A stretch of DNA of 64,000 bases from Syntrophales bacterium (GCA_041946925.1 JBHGBI010000009.1:719-64718), one strand, 5' to 3'. Positions 17,901-27,035 are shown, counted from the stretch's first letter. Program-made: numbers and translations. The notes: generated by a model not told the origin, from the letters alone.

Positions 17901-20760
17901 CGGCGTAGCAGAGGGACTGCCCCGCGTCATAGCTGTAACCGTCCGCACACGTGTACCAGGCCGCGCCCTCGCACAGGTGGGTACCCGGAACGAACACTCC
18001 GCCGGCATCGCACGAATGCCCCGCCGTTTCCTCGCAGGTATCCGCGGCGACGGAATAGCTGCTTCCTGCGGGGCACAAAGGCGCTTGTTCGCATTTATCC
18101 GTAAGCGGGTTGTATGTATAGGCGCCCGGGCACAATGTAGAGGCCTCGACGCGGCACTTGTCTATAGCGGCGTCGAAAGTTCCGGCAATACAGATCGGGT
18201 CGAGCTGACACTGGTGGACAATGGCGTTGAAATCGCCCCCGTCGGGGCAGGAATGGGTGGGCGGTTCCACACAGGTATCGTTTACGGGCGAATAGTCGCT
18301 GCCCGCAGGGCAGGAAGGGGTTATTTCGCATCGGTCGGTGGGACCGTTGAATGTGAAGCCTGCGAGACAAAGGGTGTATGCCTCTATCCTGCATTTATCG
18401 ATTGCGCCGTCGAAGACGCCGAGGTCGCATCCGGGATCCATCTGGCATTTATGGGGCGCGGGGTTGAAAGCGCCGCCCCGAAGGCAGGAGTGAGTGGGGT
18501 CGGACAGGCACATCGCGATGCCCGCGGAATAGCTGCTTCCCGCGGGGCACGGCGGCTCGATCTGGCAATTGTCGTCGGCCCCGTTCCATGCAAAGCCTGC
18601 GGGACACAATGTTGCCGCCTCGATCCTGCACTTGTCTATGGTCCCGTCAAATGCGCCAAGAGAGCAGACCGGGGAAGCCTGACAGATGAGCCTTACGGGA
18701 TCATAGCTGTAGCCGGCGGCTGAACAGACAGGGGTCGATACTGTCTGGCACGCGAGGGCCCCGCTGTTGTAGATCCCGCCTTCCGGGCATTCCACTCTTT
18801 TCAGGCACGCATCGTAGCCGGCATAATAAACGAATCCCGAGGGGCATGAATCTGTGTCTATCGACTTGACGCATATATGCAGGTCCGTGTCCATCTGGCC
18901 GCCGGCGGGGCATTGGGTGTTCACGATGCAGGTATCGAGGACGCTGTCGTAATTATAGCCGGCAGGGCAGGTTATAACGGGCAGGACCTCGCATACGTCC
19001 CTTACAGGGTTAAGGGTGCCGCCGAACCCGCCCGACGAGCCCGCAGCGCAGATATCGACTGCCCTGTGGTAATTGGCGATACAGCCCATGAGAGGCGTGC
19101 AGGGCAGGTTGCTCGAACATTTGCCGGCCGAGCAGGGATATTCTCCAAGGGGACACACGGCCTGGATACCGTTGAAATATATCGGCGCGCCCGGGTCGTT
19201 TCGGGAGTTGCAGACGGCGCCGTCGCCGGAGCAGCTGTCGCCGGCGTAATGGTAAAGGTAAAGGGCGTTGCCCACGGCGGTCCCGCTGACGATATCGCCA
19301 TGGTTGTTATACGTCGCCACCTGGAGGGTCTCGCCGCCCGAAGCGGCTCCTCCGGAGATCACAATGCGGGTGTCGCCCGCGCACCCCTGCAGGCGGGCGC
19401 AGCCGGAGTTGTCGCAAAAATAGCCCCAGAGCTCCGTCCCCCCATTCGCGGGGACTATGTGGGTAAGCATCTGGTGCGTGCCGTCGCACGGATTGGTCTG
19501 TATCGCCCCCGAAAATGTGAAAGACGTCCCGGAAAAGCAGGTGGACCCGAGCGTAGCTCCCGTCCTGCTTTTAAAAACGAGACAGTTGCCCGATGAAACA
19601 ACCGTGACAAGGGCTGATGCGCCGCTTCCCGCGGCGGTAAAGGAGCCCGTCCCCGCAGTCGCGACGGATTCATTCGAGCAATCGGCGCTCTGCCGGCACG
19701 CCGCATTGCAATCAGTCGCCAGGGCGTAGGTGGTTGCGGTATTCGGGCAGCGGTATGCCGTGGCGACCTGGTTCGTTTCGCATCTCGCCCGGGCTTCCAC
19801 GTACACGCCTCCCGGAGGACAGTCGGTCCCGTCGTTCGGGCAGTATGCCTCGGACTGCCCGCTCAAGCAGTCCTTGGCCCCGAGAGGACAGTACTCCTGC
19901 CCGTCAACATTCGTGCAGTTCACGATCTCACCCGAATTTATATCGACGAAACCGTCCCCGTTCAGGTCCCTGGAGCAGACCCGCTGTCCCGGCTGAATCT
20001 GCCCGCCCATGCTTTCGTCAAAGCAGGAATTCGGCGAGCACCGGTAGGCGTTCCCCACGTTCACGCAGCTGAATTGCCTTCCCAGGGGACACGAGTACTC
20101 GACCCCCTGCATCCTGATCTCGCCGGCGGCAAAGGCCGAGCACCCCGCCGCCCCACATGCGGCTCCCGTGAAGGCGATCGTGTCATTGGCCGCGGAGACC
20201 TCGAGAAAACCATCGGAAGAGCCCGCTGATCCTGAAAAAGCAGCCCCGCTCACCGTGATAGACCCCACGAGAGTCTCGGAACAGTTCAGGAGATCCTTGC
20301 AGCCGTAAATGTCGATGCGGTTCCCGCTGCCGATGAACCGGCTTATCTTTTCCGCCTGTGCCGCGCCCGTCACGGTCCCCAGGGAGAAGGAGATTCTTCC
20401 CGCCGTGTCCTCGCCGCAGGAGGTCGCCGTGCACTTCCAGCCCGAAAAGGAGACCGTGTTCGTGGCCGAGGAGGCTGTAACCCGTGTGAATCCGCTTTTC
20501 CCCAGGATGGAACCGGGGGGAAGTGTCGCGCTCCCATTAACAACATAGACCCCGGCGTTGCAGTCGATCGCATCGAGAGGGCAAAGGGGCGGAGTGGTGT
20601 TCGAGCATTCAAAGTGTTCCGTGATTTGATCTATAACCCCGTCGTGGTTGAGGTCCTTGACGCATACTGCTGATTGTGCCGGCAACAGGAAAAACGCGGG
20701 TAGAACCAGGGCGATTGAGGCTCTGAGCGCCAGCCCTAGTATTTTTGACCCGTTGTGCAT
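14986..20760 (-). CDS. traN: Giant Cys-repeat TraN adhesin (carries the TraN C-terminal domain)
   Basis: Signal peptide; C-terminal YCCFNSKLGRIIQEQGRGQL...PDCRGFTAEEFQMLDFSQIDLSEY (TraN hallmark); about 48 CPxGxxYN...C modules. Confidence 0.92.
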   Translation of the reverse strand: MHNGSKILGLALRASIALVLPAFFLLPAQSAVCVKDLNHDGVIDQITEHFECSNTTPPLCPLDAIDCNAGVYVVNGSATLPPGSILGKSGFTRVTASSATNTVSFSGWKCTATSCGEDTAGRISFSLGTVTGAAQAEKISRFIGSGNRIDIYGCKDLLNCSETLVGSITVSGAAFSGSAGSSDGFLEVSAANDTIAFTGAACGAAGCSAFAAGEIRMQGVEYSCPLGRQFSCVNVGNAYRCSPNSCFDESMGGQIQPGQRVCSRDLNGDGFVDINSGEIVNCTNVDGQEYCPLGAKDCLSGQSEAYCPNDGTDCPPGGVYVEARARCETNQVATAYRCPNTATTYALATDCNAACRQSADCSNESVATAGTGSFTAAGSGASALVTVVSSGNCLVFKSRTGATLGSTCFSGTSFTFSGAIQTNPCDGTHQMLTHIVPANGGTELWGYFCDNSGCARLQGCAGDTRIVISGGAASGGETLQVATYNNHGDIVSGTAVGNALYLYHYAGDSCSGDGAVCNSRNDPGAPIYFNGIQAVCPLGEYPCSAGKCSSNLPCTPLMGCIANYHRAVDICAAGSSGGFGGTLNPVRDVCEVLPVITCPAGYNYDSVLDTCIVNTQCPAGGQMDTDLHICVKSIDTDSCPSGFVYYAGYDACLKRVECPEGGIYNSGALACQTVSTPVCSAAGYSYDPVRLICQASPVCSLGAFDGTIDKCRIEAATLCPAGFAWNGADDNCQIEPPCPAGSSYSAGIAMCLSDPTHSCLRGGAFNPAPHKCQMDPGCDLGVFDGAIDKCRIEAYTLCLAGFTFNGPTDRCEITPSCPAGSDYSPVNDTCVEPPTHSCPDGGDFNAIVHQCQLDPICIAGTFDAAIDKCRVEASTLCPGAYTYNPLTDKCEQAPLCPAGSSYSVAADTCEETAGHSCDAGGVFVPGTHLCEGAAWYTCADGYSYDAGQSLCYAASTCSSGGTLDTANDVCYVGYTNGCPGGYVYVPARGTCEIAPPCPAPGSYNAARDRCETSPSSWGCPAGYNWYAPWSLCIASPSCPSGGSYNGSWDACTASASYYYSCPLGGNYGDYGTCAANCVQSGTCSQHSRVSSTAYCYQYATGDSGCGSGPGNFCWNTSYTPVTCPIMTFCPAGGEGLWGYWDHIDWIEGCATAHYRIYYNNTYVYYWTCSLTGSEYGDSGTCAANCSRTVACTGPTYYCWGAPWQLSGSTCDYAPGCPAGGSLNGGYDYCVASGTPNCPAGYAWDADNGVCQAAVSCPSGGTLSGARDMCQASSFPVCNAAEYSYVAGRNRCEAAPACPAPGTYNGANDQCHAARINNCPAHYTYDAGRDLCVENPTHTCALAGFVYSAALDFCVQAVTCPEGGSLNGAADLCEILFVSAMCPPGGFTYNAARDICEKDPDCSAGFSYSAARDKCEKASFHSCDLPGFAYEAAIDYCTQAVSCPSGASLNPVTDLCEVILDTSKCPGSGFVYNAALDICEKGPLCAFGFAYSADRDKCEIEPVHGCAIADFIYDAIIDYCKQVVTCPSGAILNAGTNLCEIHIDTSKCPPGFVYNAALDICEKDPACDSGGTFVGDRDRCELAYINDCPAGYGWDNASGFCRMVPEPVCDEGAYDTVLAMCSVPGQDLCPASYTFKPADDRCEATPPCPEPGTYSSSLDLCVSEAAYDCPNTYTYDQTTKQCAAAPLCFEGNYDPDQDKCTGGVQNCPYGEQYACITNPVSGIKQCTDIQCFMMTSMPTQQNQIDLSSYHNDGKINESTGECEGQVLIFNGQASECRTGGRSTNFFNCCDTSEGAFGPIKEVCGEQDQKTMGLVAAGVCHYLGDYCKEKWPLIGCVQKANVYCCFNSKLGRIIQEQGRGQLKKFPAGFGSAESPDCRGFTAEEFQMLDFSQIDLSEYFGDIVTRAQQSIITDMGGNIQNFYQNTR

Positions 20761-22715
20761 ATAATATCCTTTCCCGCGTCATCTACAACGGACATGACTG
20801 TTGCCGCCTCGGCAAAGTCGTTCATGCACTGGCAGTCTTTCAGTATTTCTTCCCCCGGCCCGGCAGGACAGACGCCGTTTTCGCACCGGTGATAAAGAAA
20901 CTCGTGGGATACGTTATCTTTCTGGTAGTTGGTCCTCACCCCTGAGACTCCCGCCTGGGTATCGAGTTTTCTCCTTCGCGTGCGGCAGGCGTCCTCGCAG
21001 GGCTTCGGGGCCATTGCGCTTTTCATGGACAGATCCAGGCTCATATCCATGGTGGACCAGGCACCCGTATCCGATTTGGTGATATCTCTGAAACGATACT
21101 GCCCCGTTGAAGGGCTCCCGGCGATCGAGCCCACTACGGCGTCCGCTCTCGCCTTCGCATCAGTAAAATCGTATCGTTTGGCTGATTTACAGTAATACGT
21201 CCGCTCCTTCACCCACCAGTCCCGGCAGACATTGTGGTCGAAATTGCCCGTGAAAGTCTTGCAGGTGGCGACGGGCAGCACTCTGGTGGGGGAATAATTT
21301 CGGTAGGTATAGACGTCGTCGACACGCTCCTCCCGGATCTTACAGGACGCATCGGCTTCCATCGCGGAGCATCCGTCGGCGACGCTTTCCTGGACCTCGT
21401 CTTTTTTATCGGGCGGTTTGGAGCAGGCCTCGCCCGCGATCGGCGTTGCGCCTTCGTAGTGGCTGCAGTCTATCGAGCCTGCCGGGGTCGTGTAATAGAG
21501 CCCCTGGACAAATCTCGCATCTCTGCTCGGGCAGGGCGGAAATGTTACGGCCTGATACTCCGCCGTGTATATAATGTGTTGCACGCCGCCGCAGGTGTAA
21601 ATGATTCGCGCGTTCTTAACGATGCCGCCCTGGGGATCGCCGCACAAACCGTTTCCTATCCCGTACGTGTCCCCGCCCTCAGGCGAGATAGGCAATCCGA
21701 AATAGCAATAACCGCCTCCACCGCCGGTGGAAAACGTTCTGGGCGTATAATCATTGGCCGGTATGATGCAGAGTTGCGTGCCGCTGTCGTAGCTGCCGTC
21801 GTCAGGGCAGGTGAAGCTCTTCAGAATATTTATGGAGCGGGTGATCCTGCACGATCGCAAGTCTCCCGCGGTTTCGCTCATCGCGGGGGAGTTGATCATG
21901 AGGCTGTAGAGGCTTCCGGGATCCCCTGACTGGGATACAACCTCGGATTCAGCGGCGCCGAGAAGAGCCGCATCGCTCTGGGGATCGTAAAATTTAGACG
22001 GCGATGTCCCGGAAGGAGCCGTGCCGCTCCTGGCGCACTTTTTTACGTCCTGCCCGTAATAGGTGATGAGGGTCGAGTCGATCTTCGCGTCCGCTACGGC
22101 GTAACGCCTGGTCCTCGCTTGGATCGCGCCGACGATTCCGCCTCCCAGGTCACGAAGCACGACATCGAGATTCTGCCAGACGAGCCCGCTTCCGCAGGCG
22201 GTATTTATGCAGTAGCAGCCACCAAGCGCCGTAACCCCGACCTCATTTAGAAGCAGCTGACCGGAATCACTCAATCCCCATTTATAATAGCGGCAGTTAT
22301 CCCATGTCCCGGTGTCGCAGGTGATGACGCCGTTTCCACATATGCCGGAAACAGGAAAAGGAAGCTGGGTGACAAAATCCACGTTGCCGTCGAGGTCTAT
22401 ATCCTGGCTGATGCGGACGAGCTGGAGATCACCGCTCCCCCCGGGCTGGACGAATACTTCCAGGAACCTGGAAGACGAGGGGCACGAAAGCTGACCCTTG
22501 AAGGAACTCGCCCCGTCGAGCGTCTTCATAAGGGTGTTTTCCGAGGTGACCGGATCCGATATGTTGCTTTTGAACGAGTCCGTCGAACCGAATTTTTCCA
22601 CCCCCAGGTTGCCCATATCGCTTCCCGCGGACTTCGCATGGTCAATTTCGCTTTGCGCCGGCAGGCAAACGGGCAGAAGCACAAAGAGAAAAACAACAAG
22701 TCCTGTGATTTTCAT
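20736..22715 (-). CDS. TraN N-terminal-like exported Cys-rich protein (first half of a split TraN)
   Basis: Own signal peptide, SGICGNGVITC, GGCYCINTACG, CEDACRTRR, CQCMNDFAEAATVM; lies between traC and traN. Confidence 0.7.
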   Translation of the reverse strand: MKITGLVVFLFVLLPVCLPAQSEIDHAKSAGSDMGNLGVEKFGSTDSFKSNISDPVTSENTLMKTLDGASSFKGQLSCPSSSRFLEVFVQPGGSGDLQLVRISQDIDLDGNVDFVTQLPFPVSGICGNGVITCDTGTWDNCRYYKWGLSDSGQLLLNEVGVTALGGCYCINTACGSGLVWQNLDVVLRDLGGGIVGAIQARTRRYAVADAKIDSTLITYYGQDVKKCARSGTAPSGTSPSKFYDPQSDAALLGAAESEVVSQSGDPGSLYSLMINSPAMSETAGDLRSCRITRSINILKSFTCPDDGSYDSGTQLCIIPANDYTPRTFSTGGGGGYCYFGLPISPEGGDTYGIGNGLCGDPQGGIVKNARIIYTCGGVQHIIYTAEYQAVTFPPCPSRDARFVQGLYYTTPAGSIDCSHYEGATPIAGEACSKPPDKKDEVQESVADGCSAMEADASCKIREERVDDVYTYRNYSPTRVLPVATCKTFTGNFDHNVCRDWWVKERTYYCKSAKRYDFTDAKARADAVVGSIAGSPSTGQYRFRDITKSDTGAWSTMDMSLDLSMKSAMAPKPCEDACRTRRRKLDTQAGVSGVRTNYQKDNVSHEFLYHRCENGVCPAGPGEEILKDCQCMNDFAEAATVMSVVDDAGKDIICTTGQKY

Positions 22716-22719
22716 ATAG

Positions 22720-25311
22720 TCATCCCGGATTTGCGCCGCCGCTCCTGTATTTGCGCATCATTTCCAGGATCGCGCCCTTGTAGTCCAGGCCCTGCTCTTC
22801 GATTATCCTGTCGATTTCGGAAACTTCGCCCGGGTCGGACGTATAGAGGTAATAAGAGAACGGATCAACGATGAGCCTGGCCGGTCCTTGCCCGTAGGGA
22901 GTATCGAGAAATATCTCCGAGTACTTCGGAATAGCCTTGCGTATGGACTTGAGAAGTTCCATCCCGAAGTTCCCGTAATCTATAAGGTTCTCGCTCTTCG
23001 CCCTGTCAAAATCGGACGACTCCAGGTATATCTTGAAAGCGGAGTTGGCCATGATGACACTCCCCACGCTCCCGAACTGTTTCAGATCGTTTATGCTCTG
23101 GGTTATGACAGTGAAGCTCCCGTTGTACTTTCTCGCCCGGCGATAGCCTTCTTCGATGACGTCCTTCTGCGCGCTTCCTTCCTTGATGAATTGCCAGCTC
23201 TCGTCGAAGACCACGAGTTTCATGCGGCTGCGGTCGGAGAGGTACAGGTTTTTCGTGACAGCATCGATTACGAGAAGCATGACCACCTTGAAGAGCTCGG
23301 GCTGCGGTTTCAGAGACTCAAGCTCGAGGACGACGAACTCGTCATCGGCGATATTGAAATTGGATCTGCGGTTGAACCACTTTCCATATGAGTGGCCCGA
23401 CGTGAATTCGGTCAGGTTGAAAGCAAGCGTCTGCGCAGTGTCCCTGAAGAAACTGCTCGTGTTTCCGTTCCCGAATTCTCCGGTGGCGTACTCCGGGAAA
23501 CTCGCGAGATACCTGTACACGGTATCTACAGTTGCATCCGTACCTTCCTGGCTCCACGCCCAGCGCACCGCCGCCTTGATGAGGGACATCGCAGTCTCCG
23601 CTATGTCGGCGGGGATGATGTCCGTCGATGAGAAGCACATCGTGACAATGACCCCGACAACGGCCCGGAGCTGAAAATCCACGTCTTCCATGTCGACGAA
23701 CGTGAAGGGATTGAGGCAGATGTTGGATCTGGCGTGGAAATCGAGGTATTTTGCGTTGAAAAGCCCCGACATTTTCCGATATGAGCCGCCGATATCGATG
23801 ACCCTGATCATTGCATTGGCCGCGTAGTAGTTGTAAATGATGTTATTGATCGTAAAACTCTTTCCGGAGCCGGAAGCGGCGGCGATAAAGGCATTGTAAT
23901 TACCCACTCCCTTGCCGAAAAAATCGATGCCGATCGGCTGACCCTTCCGGCCCACGAAGAGAAGCTGAGGCGGACCGCCGCCGGCGAAATCCGCCTGGAC
24001 GGGCAAGGTCAGCGCCACGGCATCGCCGGGAGCCGTGAAGTCGCGCTCGAGATTATCGATGTTTTCACCGTCCGCAAAGTAAAGGCCGAAAGGCATCGAC
24101 GCAATGAAAAGCGGGGGCAGGATCCCCTTGTCCTCCTGCATGACATAACCCTTCGCCTCCCACATCCTCTTGATCCTTGCTATGCTCTCGGCGGCGAGCT
24201 TCTCGTCTTCGCTCCATACCCACATGGTCGGGATGATCCTTACAAAGGGAACCCCCTTTTCGATGTCGTCGACCGCTCTCATGTACTCGTCTTTCTTGCG
24301 CATGAGCGAAGGGGCGAATGAACCGGCGTACTGCTGCTGAAGAACGAGATTGCATTTCATGTGGAGCTTCATCTTGAGGTTCTGGAAGACTATGTTGAGA
24401 CTGTAGAGAAAAGGCGTCAGGATCTGGTTAGCATCGGATGTTACCCCCCAGACTCCGCCGAAGAGCTCATTGGTCTGGAACGCGTCCACTTCTTTGGGAT
24501 AGTTCTTCACGGTCGTGCAACGGAAATAACGCTTCCCCATCTTTATGTGCGACATGGTTTTGGTAATCACGGTATCCGAGAAGATGACCTGCCGGTTGAT
24601 AGGAATGCCTTCGTTATAATGACCGTTGTTGCCTGACGGCCTGTCGTTGAACACCTTCCGCATCCAGTCCACGAGCCCTTCAGGGATCAGGGCCTCCGGT
24701 TGCAGCCGCGCGCCTTTCAGAATTTCATTCACGTTCGAATAGATGTCGAGGAGGTTGATATCGGAGCCGTTGTCATTTTTCGGGGGCATCTTGAGGCAGA
24801 CGAAGAGTCGAAAATCCCTGATAGGCATCCTCTGCAGGATGTCGAGACCGTTCACTCCGTCGAGGAGGAATCGCGAAAAGCGCTCCGCGGCCTCTTTCAC
24901 GACGGGCAGGTTTCTCGTCTTGCTGTTTTTGTACTGCTCTATACAATCCTCTATGTACTTGTCCGCATAAAGGATGAACTGCATGATGGAGCCGTTCGGG
25001 ATCCCGATCCGGAAGAGCCCTTCGAGTGTCTTTATGGTCTGTTCGCCGGCAAACGCAAGGGGGGAACACTCCCAGATAAATCCGACGGTATCATCTATAT
25101 TGTGATAGGCCCTGGTGTCAGGATCGTATGCGATCCAGGGAAGGCTCGGGGAGAGTTTGTCCCGCCTTGTCATTTCATTGATCTCCAGGCGGGAAATATC
25201 CCGGTCTTTTCCAAAAAGGAGGTTTAAAAGACTTTTCAGCATTCCAGAATTTTCCGCAGCCGGTTTGGACCCCTCTGTCCCGGCCGATACGGTATTCGTT
25301 GTTTCCGTCAT
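22720..25311 (-). CDS. traC: VirB4-family ATPase TraC
   Basis: Walker A AASGSGKS, VIDIGGSY, LNPF, Walker B VVFDESWQF, YRRARKYNGSFTVITQS. Confidence 0.96.
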   Translation of the reverse strand: MTETTNTVSAGTEGSKPAAENSGMLKSLLNLLFGKDRDISRLEINEMTRRDKLSPSLPWIAYDPDTRAYHNIDDTVGFIWECSPLAFAGEQTIKTLEGLFRIGIPNGSIMQFILYADKYIEDCIEQYKNSKTRNLPVVKEAAERFSRFLLDGVNGLDILQRMPIRDFRLFVCLKMPPKNDNGSDINLLDIYSNVNEILKGARLQPEALIPEGLVDWMRKVFNDRPSGNNGHYNEGIPINRQVIFSDTVITKTMSHIKMGKRYFRCTTVKNYPKEVDAFQTNELFGGVWGVTSDANQILTPFLYSLNIVFQNLKMKLHMKCNLVLQQQYAGSFAPSLMRKKDEYMRAVDDIEKGVPFVRIIPTMWVWSEDEKLAAESIARIKRMWEAKGYVMQEDKGILPPLFIASMPFGLYFADGENIDNLERDFTAPGDAVALTLPVQADFAGGGPPQLLFVGRKGQPIGIDFFGKGVGNYNAFIAAASGSGKSFTINNIIYNYYAANAMIRVIDIGGSYRKMSGLFNAKYLDFHARSNICLNPFTFVDMEDVDFQLRAVVGVIVTMCFSSTDIIPADIAETAMSLIKAAVRWAWSQEGTDATVDTVYRYLASFPEYATGEFGNGNTSSFFRDTAQTLAFNLTEFTSGHSYGKWFNRRSNFNIADDEFVVLELESLKPQPELFKVVMLLVIDAVTKNLYLSDRSRMKLVVFDESWQFIKEGSAQKDVIEEGYRRARKYNGSFTVITQSINDLKQFGSVGSVIMANSAFKIYLESSDFDRAKSENLIDYGNFGMELLKSIRKAIPKYSEIFLDTPYGQGPARLIVDPFSYYLYTSDPGEVSEIDRIIEEQGLDYKGAILEMMRKYRSGGANPG

Positions 25312-25314
25312 TAT

Positions 25315-25758
25315 TTATTCCTCCTGCTCGACGAGATAATCCCCGATTACCCACCTGGGTTCATCGGCCATGATGAAAACGTAACGCATCATGTATAGCT
25401 CGTTTAAGTCACCCTTGTACGGAAGCATGAGTACCCGCATGACCCTGGGGGGAGCCAGGAGCGGGGTATTGGGCTTTTTCAGGAGACCCGCAAGTTTCCT
25501 GTTTACTTCCCTCTGGTACATTGTCTCGGAATTTCCCGTATCGGCGGAAGAGCCGTTGCGGCTGAGGGATGACTCTTTCTTTTTGTCCATGGATTGTCTG
25601 TAGGCGCTTTCCACCTGGACGCACTGACCCCTGTCGTAACTGGGACAGGCAAATTCGTCGCCGTACGGATTCATCGCCTTTCCGATCGATCCGCATCCGT
25701 AAATACCGAAAAGGCAGATCGCCAGGGACGCACATACTGTTAAAGGGATCCCTCTCAT
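25315..25758 (-). CDS. traV: Outer-membrane core lipoprotein TraV
   Basis: Lipobox-like IYGC, EFACPSYDRGQC, PRVMRVLMLPY..ELYM..YVF. Confidence 0.9.
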   Translation of the reverse strand: MRGIPLTVCASLAICLFGIYGCGSIGKAMNPYGDEFACPSYDRGQCVQVESAYRQSMDKKKESSLSRNGSSADTGNSETMYQREVNRKLAGLLKKPNTPLLAPPRVMRVLMLPYKGDLNELYMMRYVFIMADEPRWVIGDYLVEQEE

Positions 25759-27035
25759 CTCTGTTTCCCTCCCGTATTGATTTCCTTTATGTTGAGCTCA
25801 GTCCCTTCGGAAACCACGAGCGTGACGTCACGAACAGCCCCGACCTCCACGACCGGCATGGTCTGCCTCGCAAGGTCAAGATAAAACTTCTGAAGTTCCT
25901 TGGATGCCTGGGAAAGTCCCTCTCCAAGACCCGCCTGCGCGGTCTTGCCCGTATCAATGCTCTGTGTCGTGCCGAGCGGGCTTACCGCAACCGTCTGGGA
26001 CTGTGCCTTGAACGCGTCGCCGATGCCGCCGAAGAAACCCGCCAGGAGCGAGCGCGCAATAACCGATCCCATCTTGGATATGACTTCTCCCCGAAGCCCG
26101 ATTTTTCCATCCGTATCGACGACGAAGCCTTTAAGCTCCTGGTCTATTACGGACGTACCTTTTCTCGAGAGGCATGAAAGGTTTTTAATCCGCAGATGCG
26201 CCCTTTCATCGGCAAGGCTCCCGTAGCCATCGCTGATCACAAAACAGCCTTTGAGATTGGCCCGGACTTTATTGGGAAGGAAAGCGAGATCTTTAATACG
26301 CAATAAAACCGGTACAGGGTTTGACTTTCCGCCCTCTACCGTCGGGGCATCGAGCCCCGATAACATAGTCGCCGCCATGAAAGAAGGTGGAAGATATACC
26401 GAGTTCTTTTTGCTTTTTTTTTCCGCGTCGCGGTCTTTCGACTCGAGGATGTTCTTGTTGGTGGCTATTTCAATTCCGCCCACGGTCTCCCTGGTGTCAT
26501 CCTCGATTTTTCCCTTCTGCTCCGAAAAACCCGGCGCACCCGGTGACGAGACAGCCTGGCTCGGAGGAGGGGGGACGGGAATCGGAGGCACCACCGGCCT
26601 TGCGGCGGACACGGTCTTAACAACACTTGCAGGCGTGCCAGCAGCTGCCTGTGCCTGAGGTTTTGTGGGGCCGGTTTTCAGTGTTTCCCGGGCTTGCAAA
26701 GCCGGAGCCCCCGGTGTTGCGGAAGCCCTGGACTGTTCGCCTTCCATCAACTCGAGTCTTTTTTTCACTTCCTCGAAATCCTTTACGTACTTATCGATCT
26801 TCCTCTGTCCTTCAAGGTAAGCGGATTTCTCGAGCTGGTGCTCGTCTATCTTGATTTCTTTTTTCTGGACCTGTTGTTGAGCCGGCTGTGGACCTCCCTG
26901 TCGCGTCTTGGCGACGTAGCCCCCCAACCCGAGGGCAATACCGGCAGCAACCAGCAGGAAGATAACAAGAAATGATTTCCGTTTCGGTGCAAGGTCATTC
27001 CAGAATCCCCCCAACGCACGTTTAAGGAAGCTCAT
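25755..27035 (-). CDS. traB: TraB (VirB10-like) core complex protein
   Basis: TM, coiled coil, Pro-rich linker, YLPPSFMAATMLSGLDAPT, GCFVISDGYGSLADERA, MPVVEVGAVR. Confidence 0.94.
   Translation of the reverse strand: MSFLKRALGGFWNDLAPKRKSFLVIFLLVAAGIALGLGGYVAKTRQGGPQPAQQQVQKKEIKIDEHQLEKSAYLEGQRKIDKYVKDFEEVKKRLELMEGEQSRASATPGAPALQARETLKTGPTKPQAQAAAGTPASVVKTVSAARPVVPPIPVPPPPSQAVSSPGAPGFSEQKGKIEDDTRETVGGIEIATNKNILESKDRDAEKKSKKNSVYLPPSFMAATMLSGLDAPTVEGGKSNPVPVLLRIKDLAFLPNKVRANLKGCFVISDGYGSLADERAHLRIKNLSCLSRKGTSVIDQELKGFVVDTDGKIGLRGEVISKMGSVIARSLLAGFFGGIGDAFKAQSQTVAVSPLGTTQSIDTGKTAQAGLGEGLSQASKELQKFYLDLARQTMPVVEVGAVRDVTLVVSEGTELNIKEINTGGKQR

Noticed and set aside
15655-18969. CRISPR array or DNA tandem repeat in the repetitive region
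   Set aside because: Repeats are degenerate at DNA level and in frame within traN; no identical repeat-spacer pattern and no cas genes
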